IMG/VR virus record: IMGVR_UViG_3300018875_000005
Coordinates: 4,134 to 68,133 of that record
Length of the DNA stretch: 64,000 nucleotides
Strand: one strand, 5' to 3'
DNA from: a virus
Shown: positions 28,379-36,784 of the stretch, piece after piece
Layout of the letters: each line of letters opens with the position of its first letter
How positions within the stretch are numbered: the stretch's first letter is position 1
Position numbers and translations under genes: made by a program
Notes under the pieces: generated by a model
Told to the model about the DNA's origin: nothing
Seen by the model: the letters and a program-made list of their open reading frames with translations, nothing else
Databases searched by the model: none

Positions 28379-28648
28379 ATGGCTGATGTGTTCGATTTCC
28401 CTGCTGATCTGGTCGAGGCCGCGCGCCGCTTCCACGAGGTGACCAGCGAGCTGGACGTGCTGGAGCGCCCGACGTTCACGGCGGACTATCCGGAGGGCGT
28501 GGTGGAGCGCGAGGCGGAGCTGCGGGGTGCGGCGCGGGACCTGGCCGAGCAGGTGGTGACGCACGAGTTCTGGGGCTCGTTGGAGGGGCCGGCGCGGGTG
28601 GAGGCTCGGTCTGCGTTGAAGCAGATGGCCAGGTCGTCGGCGGGTTGA
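28379..28648 (+). CDS. Hypothetical protein (probably leaderless)
   Basis: TACGAT -10 box 7 nt before the ATG, no SD. Confidence 0.65.
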   Translation: MADVFDFPADLVEAARRFHEVTSELDVLERPTFTADYPEGVVEREAELRGAARDLAEQVVTHEFWGSLEGPARVEARSALKQMARSSAG

Positions 28649-28754
28649 TCCGGACTTGTCACCCATTCCGCTTACGCTGCTGGGCAGTTGGATGGCTGCT
28701 GGGGCGCGGGGCTCCTGTCTGGGGGCGGCTGTCCTGCACAGGAGGTGGAACGCC

Positions 28755-29045
28755 ATGGCGCGGAACCGGGTGAAGTTCACGTTCAACGAGAAGGCGCTAG
28801 AGAAGGCGGCCGGGAAGGCAGCGCAGCCTGTGGTGGAGCGGCTAGCGCGGGATCTGACCGCGATGCTTCAGGGGATGGCCGGGGAGTTTGAGGGGCGGCC
28901 GGTGGAGGAGATCAAGCCGGTGCTTCAGGCGCGGTGGGCGCGTACCACTTCGGGTGGGAGCATCACGGACCCGGAACTGTCGCAGTACGCTGAGGCGATA
29001 GCGGTGGGTCGGTCGATCGAGGTGCGGGCGGACAGGCTGCGGTGA
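28755..29045 (+). CDS. Hypothetical protein
   Basis: RBS AGGAGG before ATG 28755. Confidence 0.65.
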   Translation: MARNRVKFTFNEKALEKAAGKAAQPVVERLARDLTAMLQGMAGEFEGRPVEEIKPVLQARWARTTSGGSITDPELSQYAEAIAVGRSIEVRADRLR

Positions 29046-29062
29046 CCGCGTAGGCTGACACG

Positions 29063-29101
29063 GCGGGGCCCCTTCCCACTGCGACTGGGAAGGGGCCCCG
29101 C
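29063..29101. terminator. Bidirectional terminator between convergent genes
   Basis: GCGGGGCCCCTTCCCA-N7-TGGGAAGGGGCCCCGC perfect 16-bp stem. Confidence 0.75.
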
Positions 29102-29126
29102 ACTGTGCCGGGTCAGTGGGCCAACG

Positions 29127-29405
29127 TCACTCCTTGGGGCTCTGTGCGGCGATGGCTCGCCTAAGACGGCGGGCCCGGTCGACGGTCTCCTCGTTCCAGC
29201 CGTGTAGGTGGGCGACTTCCTCCAGTGCGGTGTCTCCGCCGCAGATGTCGTCATGCTGGTGGTCCTCCTCGCAGCCCCAGCCGCAGAGGAGGGCGTAGAG
29301 CCAGGCGTCGGCCCGGTCCTTGGCCCAGTCGCGGGAGTCGAAGGCGAGGGTTCGGCGGAGACTTGTCAGCGCTTCGGTGAGGTCGGCCGGGGGCGGCTTG
29401 CTCAT
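29127..29405 (-). CDS. Hypothetical protein
   Basis: ORF with shared junction motif upstream. Confidence 0.7.
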   Translation of the reverse strand: MSKPPPADLTEALTSLRRTLAFDSRDWAKDRADAWLYALLCGWGCEEDHQHDDICGGDTALEEVAHLHGWNEETVDRARRLRRAIAAQSPKE

Positions 29406-29415
29406 GGTCTGGTCC

Positions 29416-29628
29416 TCACTTCTGGCTGGTGGGGTTGGGGTCGACGTGGGTGAGGGCGATGCCGCCGCTGACGCCGTCGACGGAGACGACGGCCGCGCCG
29501 TGGCCGAGCGTCCAGGCGGGGGTGCGGGTTCGGGTGTGCAGCGGCTTGTCGTCGCGGGCGTCAGGGTAGGCCGTGACGGGTGTGCCGATGGGGTACAGGG
29601 CGTTCCACTGCTCAGCGGTCAGGGCCAT
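29416..29628 (-). CDS. Hypothetical protein (WNALYPIGTPV family)
   Basis: Recurrent actinophage small-protein motif; TRTRTPAW. Confidence 0.7.
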   Translation of the reverse strand: MALTAEQWNALYPIGTPVTAYPDARDDKPLHTRTRTPAWTLGHGAAVVSVDGVSGGIALTHVDPNPTSQK

Positions 29629-29637
29629 GTCGGGTCC

Positions 29638-29919
29638 TCACTTCTCGGTGTCGTCATCGGGACGCAGGCTGGGGCCGAACAGTTCTTCCGGGAGGTTCTG
29701 CGCGGGGAGTCCCAGGGAGGTCTCCACCGCGCGCAGCAGCTCTTGGAGTCGGTTCAGATAGACGGCACGTTCCCATTCGAGCCGCACCACGTGCTGCTCT
29801 CGCTCCGGGTGCAGTTCCCAGTATTCGTATGCCTCGCGGGGCGCCCGTGCGATGGCCTGGCGGGCTTCCACAGCGAGGTCGGCGAGGTGTTGTCGCTGCT
29901 GCTCGGTCTCGCGCTGCAT
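29638..29919 (-). CDS. Hypothetical protein
   Basis: ATG 2 nt after the upstream stop. Confidence 0.65.
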   Translation of the reverse strand: MQRETEQQRQHLADLAVEARQAIARAPREAYEYWELHPEREQHVVRLEWERAVYLNRLQELLRAVETSLGLPAQNLPEELFGPSLRPDDDTEK

Positions 29920-29921
29920 GG

Positions 29922-30191
29922 TCAGTTCTCCTGGTCGGTGTCGGGCAGCACGACGCGGGCGGTGACGATGAGCTTGGTGCCGGGCGGGAAGTTGTCTGCG
30001 GTGGCCTGGAAGCCGGGGCCGCTCTCGATGCCGTGGTGGGCCTTGTCCGGTGTGCCCTCGGGCCCCCAGAAGTAGCCGAGGAACCGGGACTCGCGGGTGT
30101 AGCGGTCGGTCAGGTACTTGGGGTGGAGTTCGAGGACGGTCGTGGTCTGCGGGTTGTCCGGGGAGAGAACTTCGCTGGGCTGGGCACGCAT
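29922..30191 (-). CDS. Hypothetical protein
   Basis: SD TGAGG junction motif. Confidence 0.6.
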   Translation of the reverse strand: MRAQPSEVLSPDNPQTTTVLELHPKYLTDRYTRESRFLGYFWGPEGTPDKAHHGIESGPGFQATADNFPPGTKLIVTARVVLPDTDQEN

Positions 30192-30202
30192 GGTCGTGGT
30201 CC

Positions 30203-30436
30203 TCACTCTCCGGTGAAGTGGGCGGGCCGGTCATAGGTGCGGATTACGATGCGCCGGCCGGGGTTCTCCTGCTGCACTTCGGCGTAGTGGCGGGCGGCGG
30301 CTTGGAGGGCGCCGCTGCCTCCGGGGGAGCCGAAGCCGAGGAGCTGGCCGGTGTCGGCGTCGTGGATGCGGTAGTGGATGACAGGGTCGGTGGGGTTGGC
30401 GTCGGCAAGGCGCATGCCATTCCACGTGTCGGTCAT
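30203..30436 (-). CDS. Hypothetical protein
   Basis: SD TGAGG junction motif; MTDTWNGMRL start. Confidence 0.6.
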   Translation of the reverse strand: MTDTWNGMRLADANPTDPVIHYRIHDADTGQLLGFGSPGGSGALQAAARHYAEVQQENPGRRIVIRTYDRPAHFTGE

Positions 30437-30447
30437 GGTCGGTGTCC

Positions 30448-30864
30448 TCACTTCTCGGTGTTCTTGATGGCTGTGTAGAAGGTCTCCACGAGGTCGGCGG
30501 GCATCCGGTAGCCCACGACCTTCCCGAATCCCGGTCCCTGCGGCTCGACCGGAGCAGGAATGCCGTCCGGCCACCAGCCTTTGCGGATTCCGCGCTCCAG
30601 GACCCGCTTCAGTGGGGCGCTGTGCCCGCGGAGGCTGGTGTCCTCGTCGTCGCGGAGGTCGTCAGCGGAGACGAATCCGTCGCGGATGGCGGCCTCGCGG
30701 ACGATGCGGCGGGCGCGGGCGGGGAGTTCCCGGTAGTAGCGCTCGGCTCGTTCGGGGGTCCAGGTGGTGTCGATCTCGACGTGGGCGGTGTGGTTGGCGA
30801 GGAGGTCCAAGAGCCGGTTCTGGAAGTCGCCGGTGGGGTCCTCCACGGTGACCGTGATTCTCAC
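30448..30864 (-). CDS. Putative DNA-binding protein (DUF6416-like)
   Basis: RBS GGGAGG; WTPERAERYYRELP, GYRMPA motifs; first gene of the leftward operon. Confidence 0.6.
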   Translation of the reverse strand: MRITVTVEDPTGDFQNRLLDLLANHTAHVEIDTTWTPERAERYYRELPARARRIVREAAIRDGFVSADDLRDDEDTSLRGHSAPLKRVLERGIRKGWWPDGIPAPVEPQGPGFGKVVGYRMPADLVETFYTAIKNTEK

Positions 30865-30881
30865 AGAGCCTCCCGTAGTGA

Positions 30882-30958
30882 CTGACGTGGATAGATGTGA
30901 ACTGACGGGATGACAGTACCGGCTCCGCGCTCATCTGTCCATGGTTTATCCACGTCAG
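30882..30958. promoter_or_regulatory. 12-bp inverted operator-like pair in divergent intergenic region
   Basis: CTGACGTGGATA (30882-93) and TATCCACGTCAG (30947-58). Confidence 0.55.
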
Positions 30959-31071
30959 AACGGACGAGCGAATACCGCTCCGGAATAACCCCGGAGGACC
31001 TTCCTAACCACGGGGCAGCGCCAGTCGGGTGATGGGCCGTGACCCGCGCTGGCCCATCTCGGTGGCAGGAT

Positions 31072-31368
31072 GTGACCACCCCCGACCACGCCGCCGCCTT
31101 GCCGCGCCTCCACACCTACGCCGAGGCCGCCGAGATCCTTCGCATCGAGGAGAGTTGGCTGCGGCAGCACATCAAGCAGTTGCCGCGCGTGAAGCTGGGC
31201 GGGCGCGTGTTCTTCACCGACGCGGACCTGCGGCGGATCATCGAGCTGCACCACCATGAGCCGGAGCAGTCCGCGCGGCCCGTCCCGAGTGGGCAGCCGA
31301 GCCCGGCTGGCCCGCACCCGTTCTCCGACCTTAAGCCGCTGCCACGCCGACGCCGACCGCCGCCGTAG
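31072..31368 (+). CDS. Excisionase-like HTH_17 DNA-binding protein
   Basis: LHTYAEAAEILRIEESWLR...LPRVKLGGRVFFTDADL. Confidence 0.85.
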   Translation: MTTPDHAAALPRLHTYAEAAEILRIEESWLRQHIKQLPRVKLGGRVFFTDADLRRIIELHHHEPEQSARPVPSGQPSPAGPHPFSDLKPLPRRRRPPP

Positions 31369-31475
31369 TCCGGACCGCGCCGCAGAATCGCTCTGGGAGA
31401 TGCGCATAACGTGTGTTTAGAGCCCGGAGGCGGGGCCGCGAGGAGGATCCTGCCCCGCGGGGGGAGGCTGACTTT

Positions 31476-31697
31476 TCAGAGGTCTCCTACCTGGTGGCAG
31501 TCCCAGTCGCACGCCCCACCGTTGTCGTCTGAGCAGTCATGCGGAGGGTCCGGGTCGAGCGGAGGCAGAGGGCCGTGGAACGACTCCCACGCGGGCCGGA
31601 CGGCCCGGACGGTGTTCATCGTCCAGTCCATTGCCTCCGGGCCCGCGCAGATCCAGCAGACGTAGTTGTCGTCGTGCTTGCACCTCTTGTCGCTCAT
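31476..31697 (-). CDS. Small Cys/His-rich hypothetical protein
   Basis: CKH...CWIC...C...C...CH. Confidence 0.4.
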   Translation of the reverse strand: MSDKRCKHDDNYVCWICAGPEAMDWTMNTVRAVRPAWESFHGPLPPLDPDPPHDCSDDNGGACDWDCHQVGDL

Positions 31698-31933
31698 GCC
31701 CACAGGATCGTTCACCGCATCCCCGCCCCTTCGTAGAACGCGCGGGGATGCGACCTCATGCTCCCTGATCGGCTTCTCCTGGTGACGTCATCTGGATCGC
31801 AGGATCGCTCCTGGCGAAGAATCGAACGGCTCGAACGATCCGCCCTCCGTACGGCCGCGCCGGAGGCAACAAACCGTCTGGCTCCAGATAATGTCTCTTC
31901 TCAGGAGCGAAACGATCGAGACCGGAGAGACGG

Positions 31934-32320
31934 ATGAGCGACGGCTTGAGCGAGGACGTGCGCCAGCACGTCCACTCCCTCTTCTTCGACCAGATGAAAA
32001 TCTGCGGCTGCGGCCTGCCCGAACTCACCCTCGAACTCGTCCGGGACCTCCTGACCGTCATCGAGGAGCGTGGGCGCACCGAGACCGTCATCCCCCACGA
32101 GGGCGCCCGTCACATCGTCCTGTCCGTCCTGGATAACATCGACCTGATCGAACACGGCAGCATCATCGACGCCGCCTGGCTGACGAAGAAGGGCCGGTGG
32201 TACCTGCGCGCCCTCCAACGCGTCGAGTGGGAAGACATCGAAGACGAAGGCGTCGGCCTGCCCCACGACGGCACGCCCTGCACCGAAGCATGCCTCAAGC
32301 CCTTCTGGATTCAGCAGTGA
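31934..32320 (+). CDS. Hypothetical protein (wHTH-like)
   Basis: ICGCG, LIEHGSIIDAAWLTKKG; coupled to the recombinase. Confidence 0.7.
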   Translation: MSDGLSEDVRQHVHSLFFDQMKICGCGLPELTLELVRDLLTVIEERGRTETVIPHEGARHIVLSVLDNIDLIEHGSIIDAAWLTKKGRWYLRALQRVEWEDIEDEGVGLPHDGTPCTEACLKPFWIQQ

Positions 32321-33447
32321 GCGAGCACGACGACGCGGACGAGGTGGTCGACGCCGAACTGGTCGACGACCACCTGCCCGCCCGACGCAACACCGGCCTG
32401 CCCGCGCACCCCGGTACCAAGAACGACCCCGACGCCTGGCTCCCCCCGGAGGTCCAAGAGGACGTCAAGGCGGGCATCGCCGACGCCACCGACCGCGCCT
32501 ACACCGCGGACTTCGAGCAGTTCGCCGCCTGGTGCGCCACGGTCGGCCGGCGCCCCATGCCCGCCGCGGCGCAGACCGTCACCCACTACATCTCCACCCT
32601 GACCCGCACCCCGCGGGCCAAGACCGGGCGGCCGTACAGCCCGGCCACACTGGAACGCATCATCGCCGCGATCCGCACCACCCACGCCGCCGCCGACCAG
32701 CCCATCCCCGAGACCAAGGGAGCGCGGAAGGTCGTCGCCGGCTACCGGGAACGGCTGGCCAACGCCAAGGACCCGGCCGCCGCCCCCCGGCGGGTGTCCC
32801 CCGCCCTGCCGGACATCGTGCGGCGGGCGCTGGCCCCGCTCGACCGCACCACCCTGCGCGGCAAGCGGGACGCCGCGCTGCTGCTGCTGGGGTTCGCCTG
32901 CGCGGCCAGGGCGAGCGAGCTGGTGGCCCTGGACATCGACAGCGTCACCACCCCGCCCGAGGTGGAGGGCATCGGCGTGAAGGTGAAGCTGTACCGCAGG
33001 AAGGTCAAGAAGTGGCAGGACATCACGGTGAAGTACGGGAAGGACCCCGACACGTGCCCGGTGCGGGCCGTCCGCGCGCTCATCGCCGCGCTGGCCGACG
33101 AGGGCCACACCGCGGGGCCGCTGTTCCTGCGGATCGACCGGTGGGGGTACCTCGCCCCGCCCATGTACCGGGGCGGCCGGCCGATCGGTGATCCCAGCGG
33201 GCGGATGACGGAGGAGGCAGCCTCGGACGTGGTGGAGAAGGCGATGGCGCGGGTCGGGCAGCCGGGCCGGTGGCGGTCTCACTCGCTGCGGCGGGGCTTC
33301 GTCACCGCGGCGCGGAAGGCTGGTGCCGACCCGGTGCACACCAGTAGACATGGCGGCTGGGTCGATGGGTCCAAGGCGTACCAGAGCTACATCGAAGAAG
33401 ACGACGGGCTGGGCGACGACAACCCGCTCACCGACATCGGACTGTGA
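32317..33447 (+). CDS. Cre-like tyrosine recombinase
   Basis: N-terminal SAM-like domain (AYTADFEQFAAWC); catalytic R (CAARASEL), K, H-x-x-R (SHSLRRG), W (HGGW), Y (YQSYI) aligned as in Cre. Confidence 0.9.
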   Translation: MSEHDDADEVVDAELVDDHLPARRNTGLPAHPGTKNDPDAWLPPEVQEDVKAGIADATDRAYTADFEQFAAWCATVGRRPMPAAAQTVTHYISTLTRTPRAKTGRPYSPATLERIIAAIRTTHAAADQPIPETKGARKVVAGYRERLANAKDPAAAPRRVSPALPDIVRRALAPLDRTTLRGKRDAALLLLGFACAARASELVALDIDSVTTPPEVEGIGVKVKLYRRKVKKWQDITVKYGKDPDTCPVRAVRALIAALADEGHTAGPLFLRIDRWGYLAPPMYRGGRPIGDPSGRMTEEAASDVVEKAMARVGQPGRWRSHSLRRGFVTAARKAGADPVHTSRHGGWVDGSKAYQSYIEEDDGLGDDNPLTDIGL

Positions 33448-33458
33448 GGGGAGCCAGG

Positions 33459-34706
33459 GTGACCACTGAGGCGCAGGCGCCGTCGATCGTGCAGCTCGGG
33501 GCGGTGGTGGACCGGCTCGCCCCGGCCGTGTCCGGCTCCCGGCTGCGGCAACTGCGGTGGGTGGCCGGGGAGATGGAGCGGGCGCTGGCCGATCCGGTGA
33601 TGCCCGCCGAGGCCCGCGCGAGCCTGCGGGGGCTGCTGGGGGATGAGGCGGTGATGGTGTACCTGACGCTGGCCGCGGCGGGGCGGCTGCGGCGGGTGGA
33701 CAGCCGCCGGGCGGGGCCGTCGCGGGCGTCCATGAGCGTGCGGGTGTCGTGTCTGCGGCAGATCGCCGCGGCGGCCGGGGTGGAGGTGGCGGTGCCGAGC
33801 GTGCCGCAGCCGGAGGCGAGGCCGGAGATTCCGCAGCATCAGCAGGCGGCGCTGTACCGGAGGTTGGTGGACATGGCGTCCGGGGGTCCGCTGTCCCGGG
33901 ACGGCACCAGCCTGTCGGTCGAGGATCGGACGCGGCTGCTGGCGATGGTGGCGGTGGTGCTGGATACCGGGGCGCGGACGGGGGAGCTGGCCGCGCTGCG
34001 CATGTCCGACCTGGACCTGGAGGGCGGGGTGGTCGCGGTGCGGCGGCGGGTGCAGCGGGCGTCGGAGATGCAGGTGGCGCGGGTGGCGGCCCGGGTGGGG
34101 CTGGACCGGTCGACGGTGGGGCGGGTGCTGTCCGGCCGGCTGACGGGGTTCCGGCTGAGTGAGGAGGCCCGGCGGGCGGTGTGGGAGGTGTATGAGGAGG
34201 TGGCGGGCCGGCCGGTGGTGGAGGTGTGCCGGCTGCGGGAGGGCACGGTGGTGGCGGTGCGGCGCTGGCTGAAGGTCCGGGAGGGCCTGGTGGCGGGGCT
34301 GGAGGGCCGGGTGGAGGCGGTGTGGGTGTCGCTGGCGGCGAACGCGGTGAGCCTGCCGGGGTTGCCGTTGCAGCCGCGGGGGTTGCGGCGGGCGTACAGC
34401 CGGGGGGTGGTGGCGCTGAACTGGGTGATGGCCGGGGAGCACGGCTGGGAGCCGCTGCCGACGGCGTTGGAGACGCTGCGCCGGTCGGTGGAGGTCCGGC
34501 CGGCGGAGGAGCCGGCGGGGCCGGTATATGAGCGGCATCTGGGTGGGCGTCCGCATGCGGTGTTGTCGGAGGAGCAGCGGGAGCTGGCGCGGGTGTTGCT
34601 GGCGGATCCGGGGGTGACGGTGGAGGAGGTGATCCGCCGGGTGGGGACGTCGCGGGATGTGTTGTATCGGGAGGTGCCGGAGGCGCGGTCGCGTCGGCGG
34701 TTGTAG
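33459..34706 (+). CDS. Degenerate tyrosine recombinase-like protein with inserted HTH and C-terminal resolvase-type HTH
   Basis: LDTGARTGELAAL box I; PRGLRRAY in place of HxLR; inserted VAARVGLDRSTVGRVLSG; C-terminal GGRP...VGTSRDVLYR. Confidence 0.75.
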   Translation: MTTEAQAPSIVQLGAVVDRLAPAVSGSRLRQLRWVAGEMERALADPVMPAEARASLRGLLGDEAVMVYLTLAAAGRLRRVDSRRAGPSRASMSVRVSCLRQIAAAAGVEVAVPSVPQPEARPEIPQHQQAALYRRLVDMASGGPLSRDGTSLSVEDRTRLLAMVAVVLDTGARTGELAALRMSDLDLEGGVVAVRRRVQRASEMQVARVAARVGLDRSTVGRVLSGRLTGFRLSEEARRAVWEVYEEVAGRPVVEVCRLREGTVVAVRRWLKVREGLVAGLEGRVEAVWVSLAANAVSLPGLPLQPRGLRRAYSRGVVALNWVMAGEHGWEPLPTALETLRRSVEVRPAEEPAGPVYERHLGGRPHAVLSEEQRELARVLLADPGVTVEEVIRRVGTSRDVLYREVPEARSRRRL

Positions 34707-34772
34707 TCGGGGGTGGTGTAGTTGGGCTGGTGGTGGGGCAGGTGTGGGGGTGCCGCCGCGCCGAGGCAGTGG

Positions 34773-34810
34773 GTGGCCCCGTCCTCCGGGCGCAGGAGGG
34801 ACGGGGCCAC
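34773..34810. terminator. Bidirectional terminator
   Basis: GTGGCCCCGTCCTCC...GGAGGGACGGGGCCAC between convergent genes. Confidence 0.7.
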
Positions 34811-34824
34811 CTCGCGTTGTGGGG

Positions 34825-35295
34825 TCAGTCGACGGTGATGCCGGGGTAGCAGTGGCTGTGGTCCCAGTCCTCGTCGTTGGGGTAGCCGCAGTGGCAGGTG
34901 GTGGGACGTGCGGGCAGCCCTTCAGAGCGGTACTTCAGCGCCATCAGCAGCGGGAACTTCGCCAGCCACGCTTTTGGGTTCTCCCCTTCCTGTTCCAGGA
35001 TGTCCCATTCGCGGTTGAAGCAGTCGACGGCGACGTTTCCGGAAGGCGCCAGGAAGCCGGGGTTGGCCATCTCCCACAGGAGGCGGGTGTGGACGGCCTC
35101 GGCCTGGCGGAGCGCGAAGGAGCGGACGCGGGCGCAGTAGTCGGGGTCCATGTCGTCGAGGCGGAGGATCTGTCCCTCGGCGTTGCGCCAGACGCGGTCT
35201 TGGTCGAGGAGGTCGCTCCAGTGCTCTACCCAGGCCCAGTCTTCAGGGTTGGTGCTGTCGGGGTAGAGGTCATCGTCGACGTCGATGGTGTTCAC
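34825..35295 (-). CDS. Hypothetical protein
   Basis: RBS AGGAG before GTG; C-terminal CHC...HSHC. Confidence 0.65.
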   Translation of the reverse strand: MNTIDVDDDLYPDSTNPEDWAWVEHWSDLLDQDRVWRNAEGQILRLDDMDPDYCARVRSFALRQAEAVHTRLLWEMANPGFLAPSGNVAVDCFNREWDILEQEGENPKAWLAKFPLLMALKYRSEGLPARPTTCHCGYPNDEDWDHSHCYPGITVD

Positions 35296-35303
35296 GGATG
35301 CTC

Positions 35304-35507
35304 CTACAGGCCGGGGAGAGGCTCTTGGTCTACTTCGCTGGTGGGTGGTGTGGGGGCGTGGTGGTGGGGGTCGCAGTCCGGCCCGTAGCCGTTGAGGCGT
35401 GAGGCGGGTGAGGTGAGTTCGCGTCCGCAGCGGCGGCACCAGGCGCGGCGGCGCCCGTCCCCCGTGTCGAGGTCGGGGAGGGGCGCCTGTCGGTGCTGCG
35501 GGGTCAT
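35304..35507 (-). CDS. DUF6011-like zinc-binding protein
   Basis: CRRCGRELTSPASRLNGYGPDC. Confidence 0.75.
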   Translation of the reverse strand: MTPQHRQAPLPDLDTGDGRRRAWCRRCGRELTSPASRLNGYGPDCDPHHHAPTPPTSEVDQEPLPGL

Positions 35508-35511
35508 GGGC

Positions 35512-35667
35512 TCAGTGCGCGGCGGTACCGCTGTCGGTGGTGTCGATCGGCAGGTCGTGCTCGTCGCCGTCGTCGCCGTGGATCTCGGGGATGTAGGGGT
35601 CGCCGTGGAAGTCGCGGAGGTGGGGCAGGATCTCGCGGGCCGAACGGGTGGTGTTCTGGTCGGTCAT
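35512..35667 (-). CDS. Small acidic hypothetical protein
   Basis: RBS AGGAG; MTDQNTTRSAREILPHL. Confidence 0.55.
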   Translation of the reverse strand: MTDQNTTRSAREILPHLRDFHGDPYIPEIHGDDGDEHDLPIDTTDSGTAAH

Positions 35668-35781
35668 GGGTTTCTCCTGGGGTCTGGTGGGGCGCCGGTT
35701 GTTTCGGTACGCTGGCCGCGTTGATCGCGGCGTATCTGGGCCCGCCCCCGGTTGGGGGACGGGCCTTCGTGCTGTCCGGGG

Positions 35782-35937
35782 TCAGGCGCGTGAGCGTTGC
35801 CAGTACTTGGGGTGGTTGCCGGTCCCGGCGCAGGTCGGGCAGTTGCCGGTGTCCGGGTCGCAGTACGAGCAGCCGCGGCCGTCGCACTCGGGGTCGGCGC
35901 CGGTTCCCTCGCAGGTGGGGCACTCGTCCATGGGCAT
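35782..35937 (-). CDS. Small DnaJ-type zinc finger protein
   Basis: RBS AAGGAGG; CPTCEGTG...C...C..C...CPTCAGTG. Confidence 0.7.
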   Translation of the reverse strand: MPMDECPTCEGTGADPECDGRGCSYCDPDTGNCPTCAGTGNHPKYWQRSRA

Positions 35938-36002
35938 GGGGCCTCCTTGGGGTCAGTGTGGTGGTCGGGCGGGCGGGTGTTGCCCGTGCTGCCCCGGCTG
36001 GG

Positions 36003-36719
36003 TCAGGGATGGCGGAGGTCGGCGATGAGGACGGTGGCGTTGTCGGCGCGCTCCCCGGCGTGGGCGATGGCCGCCTGGACGAAGCGGCGGGCGGTGGGGC
36101 CGGGGGTGCCGATGAGGTGGTCGGCGAGGTTCTCGCTGGCGTCTTCCAGGGGCTCGTAGGCGCCGTCGGAGGCGAGGAGGAGCCGGCAGTTCTCCGGGGC
36201 GCGGGTGGTGGTCTCGATGGCCGGGTGGCCGCACTCGTTCATGGTCTGCTCGTCGCTGTACTCGGAGCCGAGGTAGGAGGTGATGAGGTTTCGGTTCCCG
36301 CCGGGGAAGACGCGGCGGAGGTTGTGGTCGGCGGTGAGGCGGTGCACGGTGCCGCGGACCAGGACGTAGGCGCGGGAGTCGCCGCACCAGGCGATGGTCA
36401 GCGGGCGGCCGGGGATGCTCACGGCGACGACGGCCGCGGCCGAGGGCAGGTAGCGGCGCAGGTAGGGGTCCTGGCGGTCGGGTTCGGCGGCGTAGGCGTT
36501 GTAGACGGTGCGGAGGCCGGCCTCGGCGTCGCCGCGGTTGGCGGCGGCGCGGGCGAGGCGTCGGGCGGCGGTGCGGGTCCAGTCCCGGACGGCGTCGTCG
36601 GAGCCGATGCCGTCGAGGAGGGCGTAGGCGCGGCCTCCGCCGGGGATGGCGGCGGTGGCGGTGGCGTCGCACTGGTGGGTGCGGGTGCCGATGAGCTGGG
36701 CGGTGGCGTGGGTGTGCAC
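36003..36719 (-). CDS. PP2C/SpoIIE-family protein phosphatase
   Basis: QCDA, LLDGIG, AWCGDSRAY, LTADHN, LLLASDG, ADNATV motifs. Confidence 0.9.
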   Translation of the reverse strand: MHTHATAQLIGTRTHQCDATATAAIPGGGRAYALLDGIGSDDAVRDWTRTAARRLARAAANRGDAEAGLRTVYNAYAAEPDRQDPYLRRYLPSAAAVVAVSIPGRPLTIAWCGDSRAYVLVRGTVHRLTADHNLRRVFPGGNRNLITSYLGSEYSDEQTMNECGHPAIETTTRAPENCRLLLASDGAYEPLEDASENLADHLIGTPGPTARRFVQAAIAHAGERADNATVLIADLRHP

Positions 36720-36784
36720 GGTGGTGCTCCGTTCGGTGCGGTGCCTGCGGGCTGGGTGGGGTGTCCGGCCCGCAGGCGCGGGGG

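Noticed and set aside
31770-31915. Short repeats upstream of the recombinase operon (TCGCTCCTG/CAGGAGCGA, ATCTGGA/TCCAGAT) as a lox/res site
   Set aside because: Too short and not arranged as a 13-8-13 dyad; could be chance
32317-33447. Recombinase as a classical chromosomal integrase
   Set aside because: Cre-like motifs, no arm-binding N-terminal domain, no nearby tRNA-type attP, and Rep/ParAB are present; resolution or inversion is more likely
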